From positions 22,010,001 to 22,074,000 of the forward strand of contig CM060731.1 of assembly GCA_030704615.1 (NCBI GenBank): a stretch of 64,000 nt of DNA. Direction: 5' to 3'. The first letter of the stretch is position 1. Every line of letters starts with the position of its first letter. Positions 13,294 through 23,939 of the stretch are shown one piece after another. The stretch is from Takakia lepidozioides. Taxonomy: Eukaryota > Plantae > Bryophyta. A program made the translations under genes and the position numbers. The notes under the pieces were generated by a model. It was not told the DNA's origin and made no database searches. It worked only from the letters and a program-made list of their open reading frames with translations.

Positions 13294-14655
13294 TCATCTT
13301 TCCATATTAATGCCTAGATGGTCAGTAATGCACTGATGCATAGAGGTCAAGTAGTCGTGATACACCTGGTTTTGAGTTGTGTTAACTGCTGCTGAGATCC
13401 TCGATCACATACGGGTAGCGAACATCAACCAAGCCCTGGTGGATACGGTAGAATCCATCAATATCCGACAGCACCCAAACTTTGTTAGCCACGGACTCCT
13501 CATGTCGGATCTAGACATGAAGCTCGCAATGCACTCCATCTCAATCAAACCGCAAGAAGTTCATCACGATCTTGAGGAGCTGGAAAGGCAAGTACCATTG
13601 AGGCTGTGAATGTGTGGATTGAAGTCAACGAATCTGTCGATCAGTGGTCTGTGTGGTTTGTTGCACCACATAGTGTAAATGATAAGGTTCTTGCAGGTGA
13701 ACTGGACCATCTCGATGTGTCTAGTTTTTTCTACAGTGGCGACATTATTGAAGAGCGTGTTGACAATATTGCCTTGGCCAAGTATGCTATTGAGCGCAAC
13801 GATGGCTTGTTGTGAGTGAGTGGGATTTAGGTTCTTGACGACGAGCGTCAGCGCGTCTCTCTCCGCAGTTATTTCCTTAGAACTGGCTTTGATACCCGAA
13901 ATGGTGAGTTTTTTTATGCGTATGTGTGGCCTGATGAGCAGGTGCCCCATCCGGACGCCAAGCTCCAACATGCGGGAGCGAGTGTCCTCGGATACAATAT
14001 AAATGAAGCCGAACTTGGAATTGGCAGACGTTGGTTTAACAACGTGCAGGATCTCAAAGTCATCTCCATAAGCGTAGGTCTCGGTGATGAAATGCACCGA
14101 TAGCTGGTTACCTGTGGAGCCAAGCCAAGAATCGTCACCAATGTAGAGAGAGAGGTATTCCGAAGAGGCCATCAAGTCAAAGGTTTTTTCGGTTTTCCCC
14201 TGCATCTTCACTTCGGATTCCATGGTCAAAATGAACGTTCGATTGCCTTTGAACACGGCGACACTGTTGGTGGTTGGGTAAAGGAGCTCGACTTTCAGCA
14301 TCTCTGACCATGTTCTGGTGTCTGGTTTGGTATAGATTAAGATATTAGACGCATATATTGTTGTCCTCAGCGAGATATTCATTTCTTTGAACCTTTGTCG
14401 TGCTTGCGCAAGGACTTGATCTTTGGGGATTGACGTTTCATTGTCAAATCTTCTGGTGATGTGGTAGGATTGAGTAGGGAACCCTTTAACTGCATCCACA
14501 TTTATGTCTTTTGGTAATTGTGTGAGGTGGCAAAACTGGCCATCATGGCCATATGGACGAGCAGCCGGGTAGAGACGTTGTGGGACTCGGGGATAAGCCT
14601 TCCTACATGTGAGCAATTCATTGCATTCCAAGTTGGGAATACCGGGTTTTAGCAC
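13294..14655 (-). mobile_element. Retroelement ORF1/gag-like ORF with RRM-like region, disrupted by an internal 207-bp inversion
   Basis: 363-aa open frame with RRM-like LVVKNLN...NIVNTLF...VQFTC...FVDFNPHIHSLNGT. It continues in frame if 13380-13586 is flipped. The family assignment is from recall of repetitive bryophyte proteins. Confidence 0.55.
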
Positions 14656-14707
14656 CTGATTTTTTCATCGCATCTCAAGGATGATAGGATGATTCCACTC
14701 AATGGCT

Positions 14708-14736
14708 CTGTGTTACATCATTTGGTATCCGAGCCA
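14708..14736 (+). mobile_element. LTR 3' end and primer-binding-site-like motif
   Basis: ...TGTGTTACATCATT TGGTATCCGAGCC, close to the tRNA-iMet PBS consensus TGGTATCAGAGC that follows an LTR ending in CA. Confidence 0.5.
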
Positions 14737-14992
14737 GATAAAGGGGCCATCACCGTAGCTGTCAGTTTTAGAAAAGGGTTGAGAGTCTTGCTGATTGTTG
14801 CGGGATTTCTTTCAAGTGTGCAAATGTGCCTCTATTAATGCTGTGTAGAAATATAATTTCGCCATCGTTAATTAAAAAAATACATTAAAAAAAATATTGA
14901 AGTTTTGTATGTGTTCTAATGATCATTAACCCCATAGGTTACATACTATATGTGTGTGTAACATCTAAAAGCATCATTTTATTTTATTTTGG

Positions 14993-15017
14993 AAAAAAAA
15001 AAAAAAAAAAAAAAAAA
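14993..15017 (+). repeat. poly(A) tract (~25 nt)
   Basis: Run of A seen directly in the sequence. Confidence 0.9.
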
Positions 15018-16096
15018 CGGAGTCATAACCACTGAGAGATCATCCCACAACCAAAGCAACTAGGAACAATGACAGCAACATCGCATTGTTTACATGTCAA
15101 TGACAAAATTGAACTGACCAGTATTTATTAGATATTTTATTATTGGTCAGACGAAAGGGCAAGTCTCTTGAGTTCATTAGCCAACGAAAAGGTATTTTGA
15201 ATGTGAAAGGTTACAAGTGCCATTTCTCCATCCTCAGATAAATACCCCTTAGCAACTTTCTATAGTCTTCATAGCTTAGGCTTGCTAACGATCCTCTTCT
15301 CTTAATGTAGATCCATGGTGATGGTGGATGATTTTGTAGTATCCTATAATGTTAGTCCCACTATGCATATATGTGGGTAGTGAGTATCTCTATAAAGCTT
15401 CTTACAAGGGCAAGGATTTTCATATGTACATAGGTGTGGAGGGTTTGTTGTACGTTGTTTTTATTTCTTGTTTTTGCATAGTTCACAATTTTTCTTACTA
15501 CGTTCCTCATATAAGAAAAGAGACACTTGAGTAATTGATACTTCAAACATCAAAATATCAAAATGCCAACAAATTCATCATCATTTTTTGATCAACTAAA
15601 CACTTTTGTGGCGGTACGAACAAGTAGGCCTGTGTGGGCCTTTCCAGGAATTAGCCCCCTTCAATCCCTCCAAATTCGCAAACTGTACACTTTTAGCTCT
15701 TATTTTTCTTGCTTGATTCATTGTCATTTTTCCAATATTAGGCATGGTTCAGAGTGGAACAACCAAAAATCCTTATGATCATTCGCTCGATTCGTAACTA
15801 ACAATGTTCTTCATTGCAGTTCATTGTTTGTGTTGTATTTCGAAGATCGAAATGCACGTATAAGCCTCCCTGGAATTAAAGTACTACACCTGAGAAAATA
15901 CGACGAAAAATAATCTACAACACAATATTTGTGAGTGAGGTACTTATTTCCAAATCTTAAGTTTGAGCTACTTACCGTACTACTCTTACACGACAAATGC
16001 ACATTTGCAATGCAGAAATGCACGAGTCGGTGAGAAAGGTTTTGCATAGCAAAAGTGACACTAGGGTGTGTGGGGCCATCGTTGAGCGAAAATACG

Positions 16097-16990
16097 ATGG
16101 TAAGGATTCACAAACGTAGAGAGCTCATATTGCCATTGAAACGAAAAGCTCTCCGTGTGATGCAATCAAGGTCACATGTGGACAATTTAATATCCAATTT
16201 CACAACCCATCTTTGCAAACGTGTGCGCAAAAGCAGATCTAGACTCTTTCCTCGTTGCATTCCTGCTAGTATATCTTATCACCAACAAGCCGGGGCACGT
16301 ATATGGCGCACAATTCTCCATTACCTCCAAATGAACAGACGTAATGAAGACTTGACATCACGCCATAGCATACCTCCCATCAGACCTCCCACCGTTTTTT
16401 CTCCTTCATCATGTCACCACGAACACGACGGTTTCACCACCATAGTGGACCTCCCGCCTATGAGGCGAGAGGATTGTGGCAAGAAGACTTTGGTGCTGGA
16501 TCTGGATGAAACCCTTGTTCATTCCTCCTTCAAGCCAATTCCACACTATGACTTTGTCATTCATGTGGAGGTTGAGGGCAGGATGACCACTGTGTACGTT
16601 CTTAAAAGGCCTTTTGTCGACCGTTTCCTTCACGCAGTGGCAAAAAGATTTGAGATTGTTCTCTTTACAGCAAGCTTGAAAAAGTATGCAGACCCACTAC
16701 TCGATCTTCTAGATGTAAACAGAGCTATTCAATATCGTCTCTACCGTGAGTCTTGTCGCACAATGGAGGGGGGATTGGTAAAAGATCTAGTTTGTCTAGG
16801 CCGCGACCTCCAAAAGGTGATCATTGTCGATAATAGTCCTCATTCTTACATGTTACAGCCCTCTAACGCAATCCCTATTGGATCTTTCATTGACAATCCC
16901 CGAGACCATGAACTGTTGGACCTTATTGACTATCTCGATGCCATAGCAGGGCTTGACAATGTTATGGACGCCCTCGGCAATCGAGCATGA
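16097..16990 (+). CDS. CTD small phosphatase-like (NIF/FCP1-SCP HAD phosphatase), intronless
   Basis: KKTLVLDLDETLVHSSF (DxDxT catalytic motif), YVLKRPFVDRFL, FEIVLFTASLKKYADPLLD, RLYRESC, KDLVCLGRDL, IIVDNSP. First ATG at 16097; the start could be at a downstream ATG. Confidence 0.9.
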   Translation: MVRIHKRRELILPLKRKALRVMQSRSHVDNLISNFTTHLCKRVRKSRSRLFPRCIPASISYHQQAGARIWRTILHYLQMNRRNEDLTSRHSIPPIRPPTVFSPSSCHHEHDGFTTIVDLPPMRREDCGKKTLVLDLDETLVHSSFKPIPHYDFVIHVEVEGRMTTVYVLKRPFVDRFLHAVAKRFEIVLFTASLKKYADPLLDLLDVNRAIQYRLYRESCRTMEGGLVKDLVCLGRDLQKVIIVDNSPHSYMLQPSNAIPIGSFIDNPRDHELLDLIDYLDAIAGLDNVMDALGNRA

Positions 16991-17515
16991 TGATTACAAC
17001 AGGAACAAACCCGGCAAGGCAAGTCTATGTTTCTCAAAGACCTAAAATATTGCAATTGTTAATCAAGTCAAAATCCAGAGCTTAGACGGCCAACTTAGGC
17101 TTCCACAACAAAAGATACGGACTTTATAAGTTACATATAAATAGCTTACTAGAGATCCTTAACTGCAGAAGGAATGTTGATATAATTTTAATATATTAAA
17201 ATTAAGATTAATCGTTAATTTTTCTTATTTCTTTTATTTAAAAGGGAACTAGTCATAAAATTTATTGATCATGGGGCAAGGAAAAAATAACCTTGCAGAA
17301 CAGCCATGGAGGCTTACAAAAGAGGACCGCTTTGTAATTGACAATCTTGTTTCTGATTGTCTAAACGGCCGTACGTACAGAACTTAGTGGACATGACATA
17401 TTGTCCACAATTGCATTATAAATGCCCTGGTTTTTTCCTCGCAATTGAATATTGTGAATAATTTGTGACCGAAATTATATTAAGGTGAGACTTTAACATT
17501 TAGGGTGACAATGTT

Positions 17516-17660
17516 GGTGTAAGCTGAGTGGAGAGAGCAGTAACTTAGGTGCCCACTCTGGTGATTCTGGGTTTCAAATACTGCTACCTGGGATGGTGTG
17601 TATTCCCCTTTGATGGTGAGGTTACTTTGAAAAGAGGTTAGATTTCCTCACTGTAAATTT
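17516..17660 (+). mobile_element. tRNA-derived SINE copy
   Basis: A-box AAGCTGAGTGG, B-box GGGTTTCAAATAC then TGCTACCTGG. Shares its core with the 10.3-kb and 45.3-kb copies. Confidence 0.6.
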
Positions 17661-17766
17661 TACCTGTGGCAGCTCCTTGGTTTTCCCCTTTTTAAGGTCA
17701 GAGAAAAGAAAACCTCACAATAAAAGAGATATTAAAAACAATCGGCAACGCTTAATTTGCATGTGT

Positions 17767-17847
17767 GTCAATATGGCCGAGTTGGTCTAAGGCGCCAGTT
17801 TCAGGTACTGGTCCGAAAGGGCGTGGGTTCGAATCCCACTGTTGACA
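17767..17847 (+). tRNA. tRNA-Leu (anticodon CAG)
   Basis: Full cloverleaf: acceptor GTCAATA/TGTTGAC, D-arm GCC..GGC, anticodon stem CCAGT/ACTGG with loop TTCAGGT, long variable arm, T-arm GTGGG-TTCGAAT-CCCAC, discriminator A. Confidence 0.97.
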
Positions 17848-19537
17848 ATTGGTTGAAGGAAAGCAAATCATGGGAAGTGTATCTTGTTCCTAAGTATATG
17901 CCAACCACTGATGAAAAGTCGAATAACCAAACATGCCTTTTTCTCCTCTAGAATTGATATGGTGTCCATTACTATAGGTGCACTAATCAAAACTAATCAA
18001 TGGGGCCTTGGTATAGTAAAATTCCAGTGTATCACATTCATCCATCCTCGTACTTTTTTAAGTTCTCAATCAATAATAACAATGATCTTTTCTCCAACCT
18101 ATGATTTTAGTAAGTAAGGTCTAGTACCAACTCCAACCATGGGTGGAGAAAACAAAGTACCTCCCTACTTTAATTTTTATTTAAAAAAAAATTAAACAGG
18201 GGACAGATGCCCTGGAAGAACTTCTATGCGCTCTGTTGTTTGTGTATGATGGAATGATGTTGTTTTCCAAATACTCAAACAAATCGAATAAGAATGATGT
18301 AGTTTGACTCTTGGGGGACGACCAGTATTGACTTGAATCGTCTGGATAGGGTCTAGAAGGCACCAGAGTTCATTCATGACCTCTGGAATGGCAGCTTCTG
18401 TCTGACATCCATCTATCATTCCATTCATCATTCAATCAGAACTTGCAGTCAGAGCTTGCAGTGTACCTCATGCGGTTGGTACTGCAGCTGGATCAGCGGA
18501 ACAGTGTCTAGAGCACACTGGGATTTGTGCATGGGAAGCCTGGGCAAATCACCAACCTCTGTTTGGATCAACCCCACAGGGATAAGTCTATTCTATTCTA
18601 CTGTGCATGGCTGCTAGTGGCAGGCCTTCAAAGACAAGGCCGTGGCCACTAGGCCACAAACACTGTTCATGATCAATACTCTGGACAACAATCATCAACT
18701 CGCTGTCTTTCTTGTCTGGAAGTCAGACATGGGTTTTTTGGGTCCCTGCAGTGTGGTGGGGGGCAGCTTAAAACACTTATAATCACCTTTTGTTAGTTAA
18801 GTACTTGCAATATCTGGGTGGTCCTTCCCTTGAATGGCCCCCTTTTGAGGATTTGAAATTTTTCCCTCCCTCCAACAACTCCAAATAAAGTTTCCAGTGG
18901 CGGATCTCTCCTTCAAGTGGGAAAAAAGACAACAAAGATCTGAAATTCCCCTGTTTGGAATGAATGACTCAACCCTCCCATCCATCCATCTGTCCATCCA
19001 TACACAAAGCATCTTAAGTGACAGAAAGAATCAGGTGCGGTCAACAGTTGACCGTCGCCCTCGTATCACGGCGACGACAGACTCCGTCAACGTACACTTG
19101 CCGGAGCCGTGACATCCGGTACTCCCGTCCTTCCCGGCCGTCGATCTAACCGCTCTGACAACCCGCCACCTAACCCAGCGGGTTAATATTCGGTGGACCA
19201 CCGGCAACTGCCGGTGGTGGTAAGTATGTAGGTCCAAATATTTCGGCCATAAAGGTTGCTCGCCCACGACTGACTGCCGGGTTGATTTCTCATTTTACGT
19301 CTTTACTTTACTTTATGAGCGTGGCGCACGACCGGCTGCGGCCGGTTCCGTGGATGGCGGAAAAGTACACCCGAATATGCCGACATTATGTAGTTATTTA
19401 TGGGATTTACTATCTTAGTTTTGACATTTTGACTTGGTGCTGTCCTTTTTTTAGTGCTCGTTTCTAGTGGAAGCAAACCAGATTAGTCCGGGTAAGTAAG
19501 TCCAGTTCTACCTAGGCTTAATCCCTACATTACCACT

Positions 19538-19593
19538 AGTCGGTAGCTCAGTTGCATAGAGCAATGATGAGCGATTCTGGGTTCAAATCCCAG
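19538..19593 (+). mobile_element. Short tRNA-derived SINE head
   Basis: GGTAGCTCAGTTG (A-box) ... GATTCTGGGTTCAAATCCC (B-box), with no complete cloverleaf. Confidence 0.55.
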
Positions 19594-21406
19594 ATATGTT
19601 TATAATATTCTAAACTCCTGGATTCATTGGAGTATAATGAGAAGTGGAAGGGTTTATTTGAATGAGTCAGAGGAGACTTTGGGGCACACTGTAGAGGGAC
19701 GGCTACTGAATGGCACATAAACAGGGAGTGTGGGACTCACACTTTATATAACCCTATGTTGTTAAAATAGCCCAGCCGACAGAATCATGTCAGTACCGTC
19801 AGATTGTTGGCTCCATCGGACGGCCTTCAGTAACAGAACAAAGTTAGGGTAGAAGCCCCCACCATCATGTCCATGTACCCCTATGGGGCACCCATTTTTA
19901 GGCTGGGTGGACCTCGATTGTCCAATAAATTTACCCAAAGAGGAGTGAACCATCTAACCCTTGTTTTACACTACATTTATCTTGGGTAAATGAACTCCGT
20001 TGAAAATTGTTCGAACTACAAATACATAAAGAGCTTTGAAATGGTATCTTTTTTTGCTGGCATGGTTACAACCCAAGGTAGGGTAAGGAGGCCTATGACC
20101 ATATACTTAAGGATATTTCATCACTATAGGGTGAAGTTCTTAATGGATTTCATCCATTCAAAGTTCATAACAAAGCTGACAAGATAGGCTTTAAAATGAC
20201 TCTAAGCAAATTTATTTGGACAGGATTACTGAATTATGTGTCTATCTGAAGGAGAGGGGGGTCCAAAATAGAGCTCATCAAGTCAATAGGTCATCTAACC
20301 ATAACCCTTGGAACCTTACTGCGCATCAAACTAGGATCAAGATTTCCTGGACTTGAGTATGATGATTTTTAACCTAGAAAAAAAGGCAAAAACTCCATTA
20401 AACTTTCAACTAAGGAAATCTGTCCTACATAAACCCTGTTCTGTTAAGGTATTACATGACCTCTAAAAGTAAAAGTACAGAAAGTTATAGACATTTCATG
20501 ATTGTAGTTTGCTGAGCATGGGCTTCTCTGTCAACATTGCCACGCGACAGTGGCCCCATTTTTGGACAATGGAGCTCAAAGTCCTGCCAATTTGGACGTG
20601 ATTGTGGTGTAGGCCTGCTGTGGTGCAGAAGCCGGAAGGTAATTCGTTGCAGTGCTTCATAGCGACAGAACAGGGCTGGAGTACTCCCAAAATGTGAGAT
20701 ACTCTCATCATTTCATTTGAGCCATGTCTACTTTGGATCGTCTGCGAAGAATCTGCCACGTAACTGTCTCGGGACCAAAAATGAGGAGATCATTGTGCTC
20801 GTTGTATCTGGACTCCGATAATTTTAGCTTGTTACATGTAGTGGCAAAATGGGTGCAGACAAACTGCTGCGCACTCATCACATGTTCCTGGAAGATCGAG
20901 TGAAGTAACTATTCGCGTGAGGTGTGAAAGATGATAGCAGAAGTCATGTTGGAAGATTTCATATTTCACTCACTGTGTTGCTTGGTGCTTCCTCAGATCA
21001 AAAAGCAGGAAATTGTGGAGATTGTCAGTCTCGTTCACGACTAGTGCAAATCATACTTGGATGTATCATCATTCACCTGTCCTGGTCCTTGGGTCCTGCT
21101 ATTTCAACTAAGCCTTTTCAGAGCCTCTCAGAAAAGCTTTTCCTAGTCACTGGACTCAGATCCTGCTGATTTACAGGTCTAATACACACCGGATTTGAAA
21201 GCTGATTGTGGGTAGGCAGAAACACTCCTAATGAGTGTCTGGGAATTGGACTCATTCTGGCAAGGATAATTAGGTTGAAGCTCACGGCAAATGCCGCACT
21301 GATTGTCACATTCAATGGCCTAAATCATGTCTTCTACCTCTTACTCGAAAACAAAAGGACAGCTTAGGACCTTTTCGACCCACCTTTGAAAACATCCTTT
21401 CTTGTT

Positions 21407-23938
21407 TCACCAGTAATCCCCACAAGAACAAACCCCACCTTCAAAGTGGTGGAAGCGGGTGGTATCCCGTACAACTACAGCTCGCCCCACAATCTTCGAG
21501 ATGAACTTCGTGGCAGTATGGCAGTCACCACATATGCGAAGGTTCTTGATGACGCAGATCGGCATTCCAGGAGGTGTGCTGATTAGCCCGAAAGCAATGG
21601 CCAGCCTCTCACTGTGGTGGCAAAGAGAGAATTCTTTTTCTTCCTCCTCCAAATCATGTAATACAAAGTCTGTGTCAGGCACGTATCCCGCCTCCTTCAT
21701 CTGGCCAGACAGTCTCTTCAGTTCAGCATGGATTTCAGCAATATCTGGATGAAATCTGTCTTCCACAAGAAACGTATGCACCCGTTTATTGACCTCAATG
21801 AAGCTGCACCCTGGCTCCTTTCTGACACCTCTATCCTCCATCAATTTTCTCACCTTTGCTTTATCGTCCCACCTGCCAGTTGCCGCATAGATGTTTGATA
21901 GCAACACATAAGCTGTGGCATGCTGTGGATCACTCTTGAGAATGCTTTTTGCCACTCGTTCTGCCACCTCCAGGTTGCCATGAATTGTGCAGGCACCAAG
22001 CAAGGCCCTCCACACGCAACCATCTGGTTTGATTGACATTTTTGTGATGAAGTCCTCTGCCTCATCCAATTGCCCTGCACGACCGAGAAGGTCCACCATG
22101 CAGCCGAAATGCTCCACTGTGGGAATTACCCCATGATCTCGACTCATGGAGTCAAAGTAGTGACAACCTTCATCCACTAGGCCAACATGGCTACAAGCAG
22201 AGAGCAGAGATATAAATGTGATGCTGTTTGGTTTCAACCCTTCCCGTTGCATTTGTTCAAAAAATTGCAGGGCCTCCTTGCCACACCCATGCTGGCAACA
22301 TCCTGCGATCATGGCATTCCATGAGACCACATTTCGTGTAGCCATGTTGTTGAATACTTGACGTGCATCCGTCATGCTCCCACATTTGGCATACATATCA
22401 GCAAGAGCAGTATCCAAGTTAATGGATGACACAATTCTAGATTTGTTGATTTCAGTGTGGATCTCTTTGCCCTTCTCTATGGCTCCTACACTGGCACATG
22501 CATTGAGAATACAAATGTATGTGACCCTGTCAGGCATGACCCCTTCCTGTTGCATTCCCTCATACAACATGAAAGCCTCCCCACCACACCCATGCCGAGC
22601 ATAACCTGCAATCATGGCGTTCCATGAGACGACATCTCGTTTAGTCATATTGTCAAACACTTTACGCGCATCATCCATGCTCCCACATTTGGCATACATG
22701 TCAGCAAGGGCAGTCTCTAAATTTGTATATGACCCAATTCCAGCTTTGACGAGGTCAGCATGCACCTCTTTGCCCTTTTCCAGGTCTTGTAGACTGGCAC
22801 AAGCATTGAGAAGACAGACGTAAGTGACCCTGTCAGGCATCACCCCTTCTTGACACATTTGCTCATACATCTTGAAAGCCTCCCTGCCACATCCATGCTG
22901 AGCATATCCTGTGATCAGGGCATTCCACGTGACTACATTGCGTTGAGCCATGTGGTCAAACACTCGACGGGCATCCTCCATGCTCCTGCATTTCGCATAC
23001 ATGTCAGCAATGGCAGTCTCAAGAATGATATCTTGTGGAATTTCAGCTTGGATGATGTCCGCATGGACCTTTTTGCCCTTTTCCAGGGCTCCTAGGCAGG
23101 CACAAGCATTAAGAACAGAAAGGAACGTGACCCTGTTGGGTGTCACCGCTTCCTCTTTCATTTTCTCATACATCTCGAAAGCCTCCCCACCACACCCATG
23201 CTGGGTATATCCCCCGATCATGGCATTCCAGGAGACTACATTTCGTTCAGCCATACTGTCAAATACTTTATGAGCATCCTCCATGCTGCCACACTTGGCA
23301 TACATGTCAGCAAGGGCCGTATCCAAATTAATATAAGGTGCAATTCCAGCTTCCACAATGTCAGCATGGACCTTTTTGCCCTTTTCAAGGGCTCCTAGGC
23401 TGGCACACGCATTAAGAACACAAATGAAAGTGACCCTGTCTGGCGTCACCTCTTCCTGCTGCATTTGCTCATAGATCTCAACAGCCTCCCTACCACACCT
23501 ATGCTTGGCATATCCTCCTATCATCATAGTCCATGTGAACATATCTCGATCCGGCATTTTGTCAAACACTTGACGTGCAGCCACAATGCTCCCGCACTTA
23601 GCATACATGTTGATTAGGGTGTTGAGTAGAGAGATGTTTGGCCTGAATCCAGTTTGGATAATGTGGGCATGCACCTGTTTCCCCTCTGCCAGTTCTTTCC
23701 CGTCGGTGCATTTCTTTAAGACACAGACGTAAGTACTGGAGTCTGCCTGCAGGCCTGTCTGCTTCAAAATGTGGAGTGCCTCTTTCAGTCGTCCCACCTT
23801 ACATAGTGTCCTGACATCCTCACAAATGCTAGAGGAGTTCTTGCTCACCGCCTCTCTTGTCCCTCCATAAGAAGTCAAAGTGGTTCTACACCTGATGCTA
23901 GTCCCAACAAGCCCGTGTCCAGGATCGAACCCTGCCAT
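21407..23938 (-). CDS. PLS-class pentatricopeptide repeat protein with E1/E2/DYW deaminase domain (organellar C-to-U editing factor)
   Basis: 17 L/S/P motifs, PG-box KEPGCSFIEV, HSERLA, CGDCH, terminal DYW. First ATG at 23938 (the ORF track start at 23977 is GTG). Confidence 0.97.
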   Translation of the reverse strand: MAGFDPGHGLVGTSIRCRTTLTSYGGTREAVSKNSSSICEDVRTLCKVGRLKEALHILKQTGLQADSSTYVCVLKKCTDGKELAEGKQVHAHIIQTGFRPNISLLNTLINMYAKCGSIVAARQVFDKMPDRDMFTWTMMIGGYAKHRCGREAVEIYEQMQQEEVTPDRVTFICVLNACASLGALEKGKKVHADIVEAGIAPYINLDTALADMYAKCGSMEDAHKVFDSMAERNVVSWNAMIGGYTQHGCGGEAFEMYEKMKEEAVTPNRVTFLSVLNACACLGALEKGKKVHADIIQAEIPQDIILETAIADMYAKCRSMEDARRVFDHMAQRNVVTWNALITGYAQHGCGREAFKMYEQMCQEGVMPDRVTYVCLLNACASLQDLEKGKEVHADLVKAGIGSYTNLETALADMYAKCGSMDDARKVFDNMTKRDVVSWNAMIAGYARHGCGGEAFMLYEGMQQEGVMPDRVTYICILNACASVGAIEKGKEIHTEINKSRIVSSINLDTALADMYAKCGSMTDARQVFNNMATRNVVSWNAMIAGCCQHGCGKEALQFFEQMQREGLKPNSITFISLLSACSHVGLVDEGCHYFDSMSRDHGVIPTVEHFGCMVDLLGRAGQLDEAEDFITKMSIKPDGCVWRALLGACTIHGNLEVAERVAKSILKSDPQHATAYVLLSNIYAATGRWDDKAKVRKLMEDRGVRKEPGCSFIEVNKRVHTFLVEDRFHPDIAEIHAELKRLSGQMKEAGYVPDTDFVLHDLEEEEKEFSLCHHSERLAIAFGLISTPPGMPICVIKNLRICGDCHTATKFISKIVGRAVVVRDTTRFHHFEGGVCSCGDYW

Positions 23939-23939
23939 C

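Noticed and set aside
19030-19470. GC-rich palindromic stretch ending TTTCTAGTG (CACTA or Helitron end?)
   Set aside because: No matching left terminus, TSD or Helitron hairpin found.
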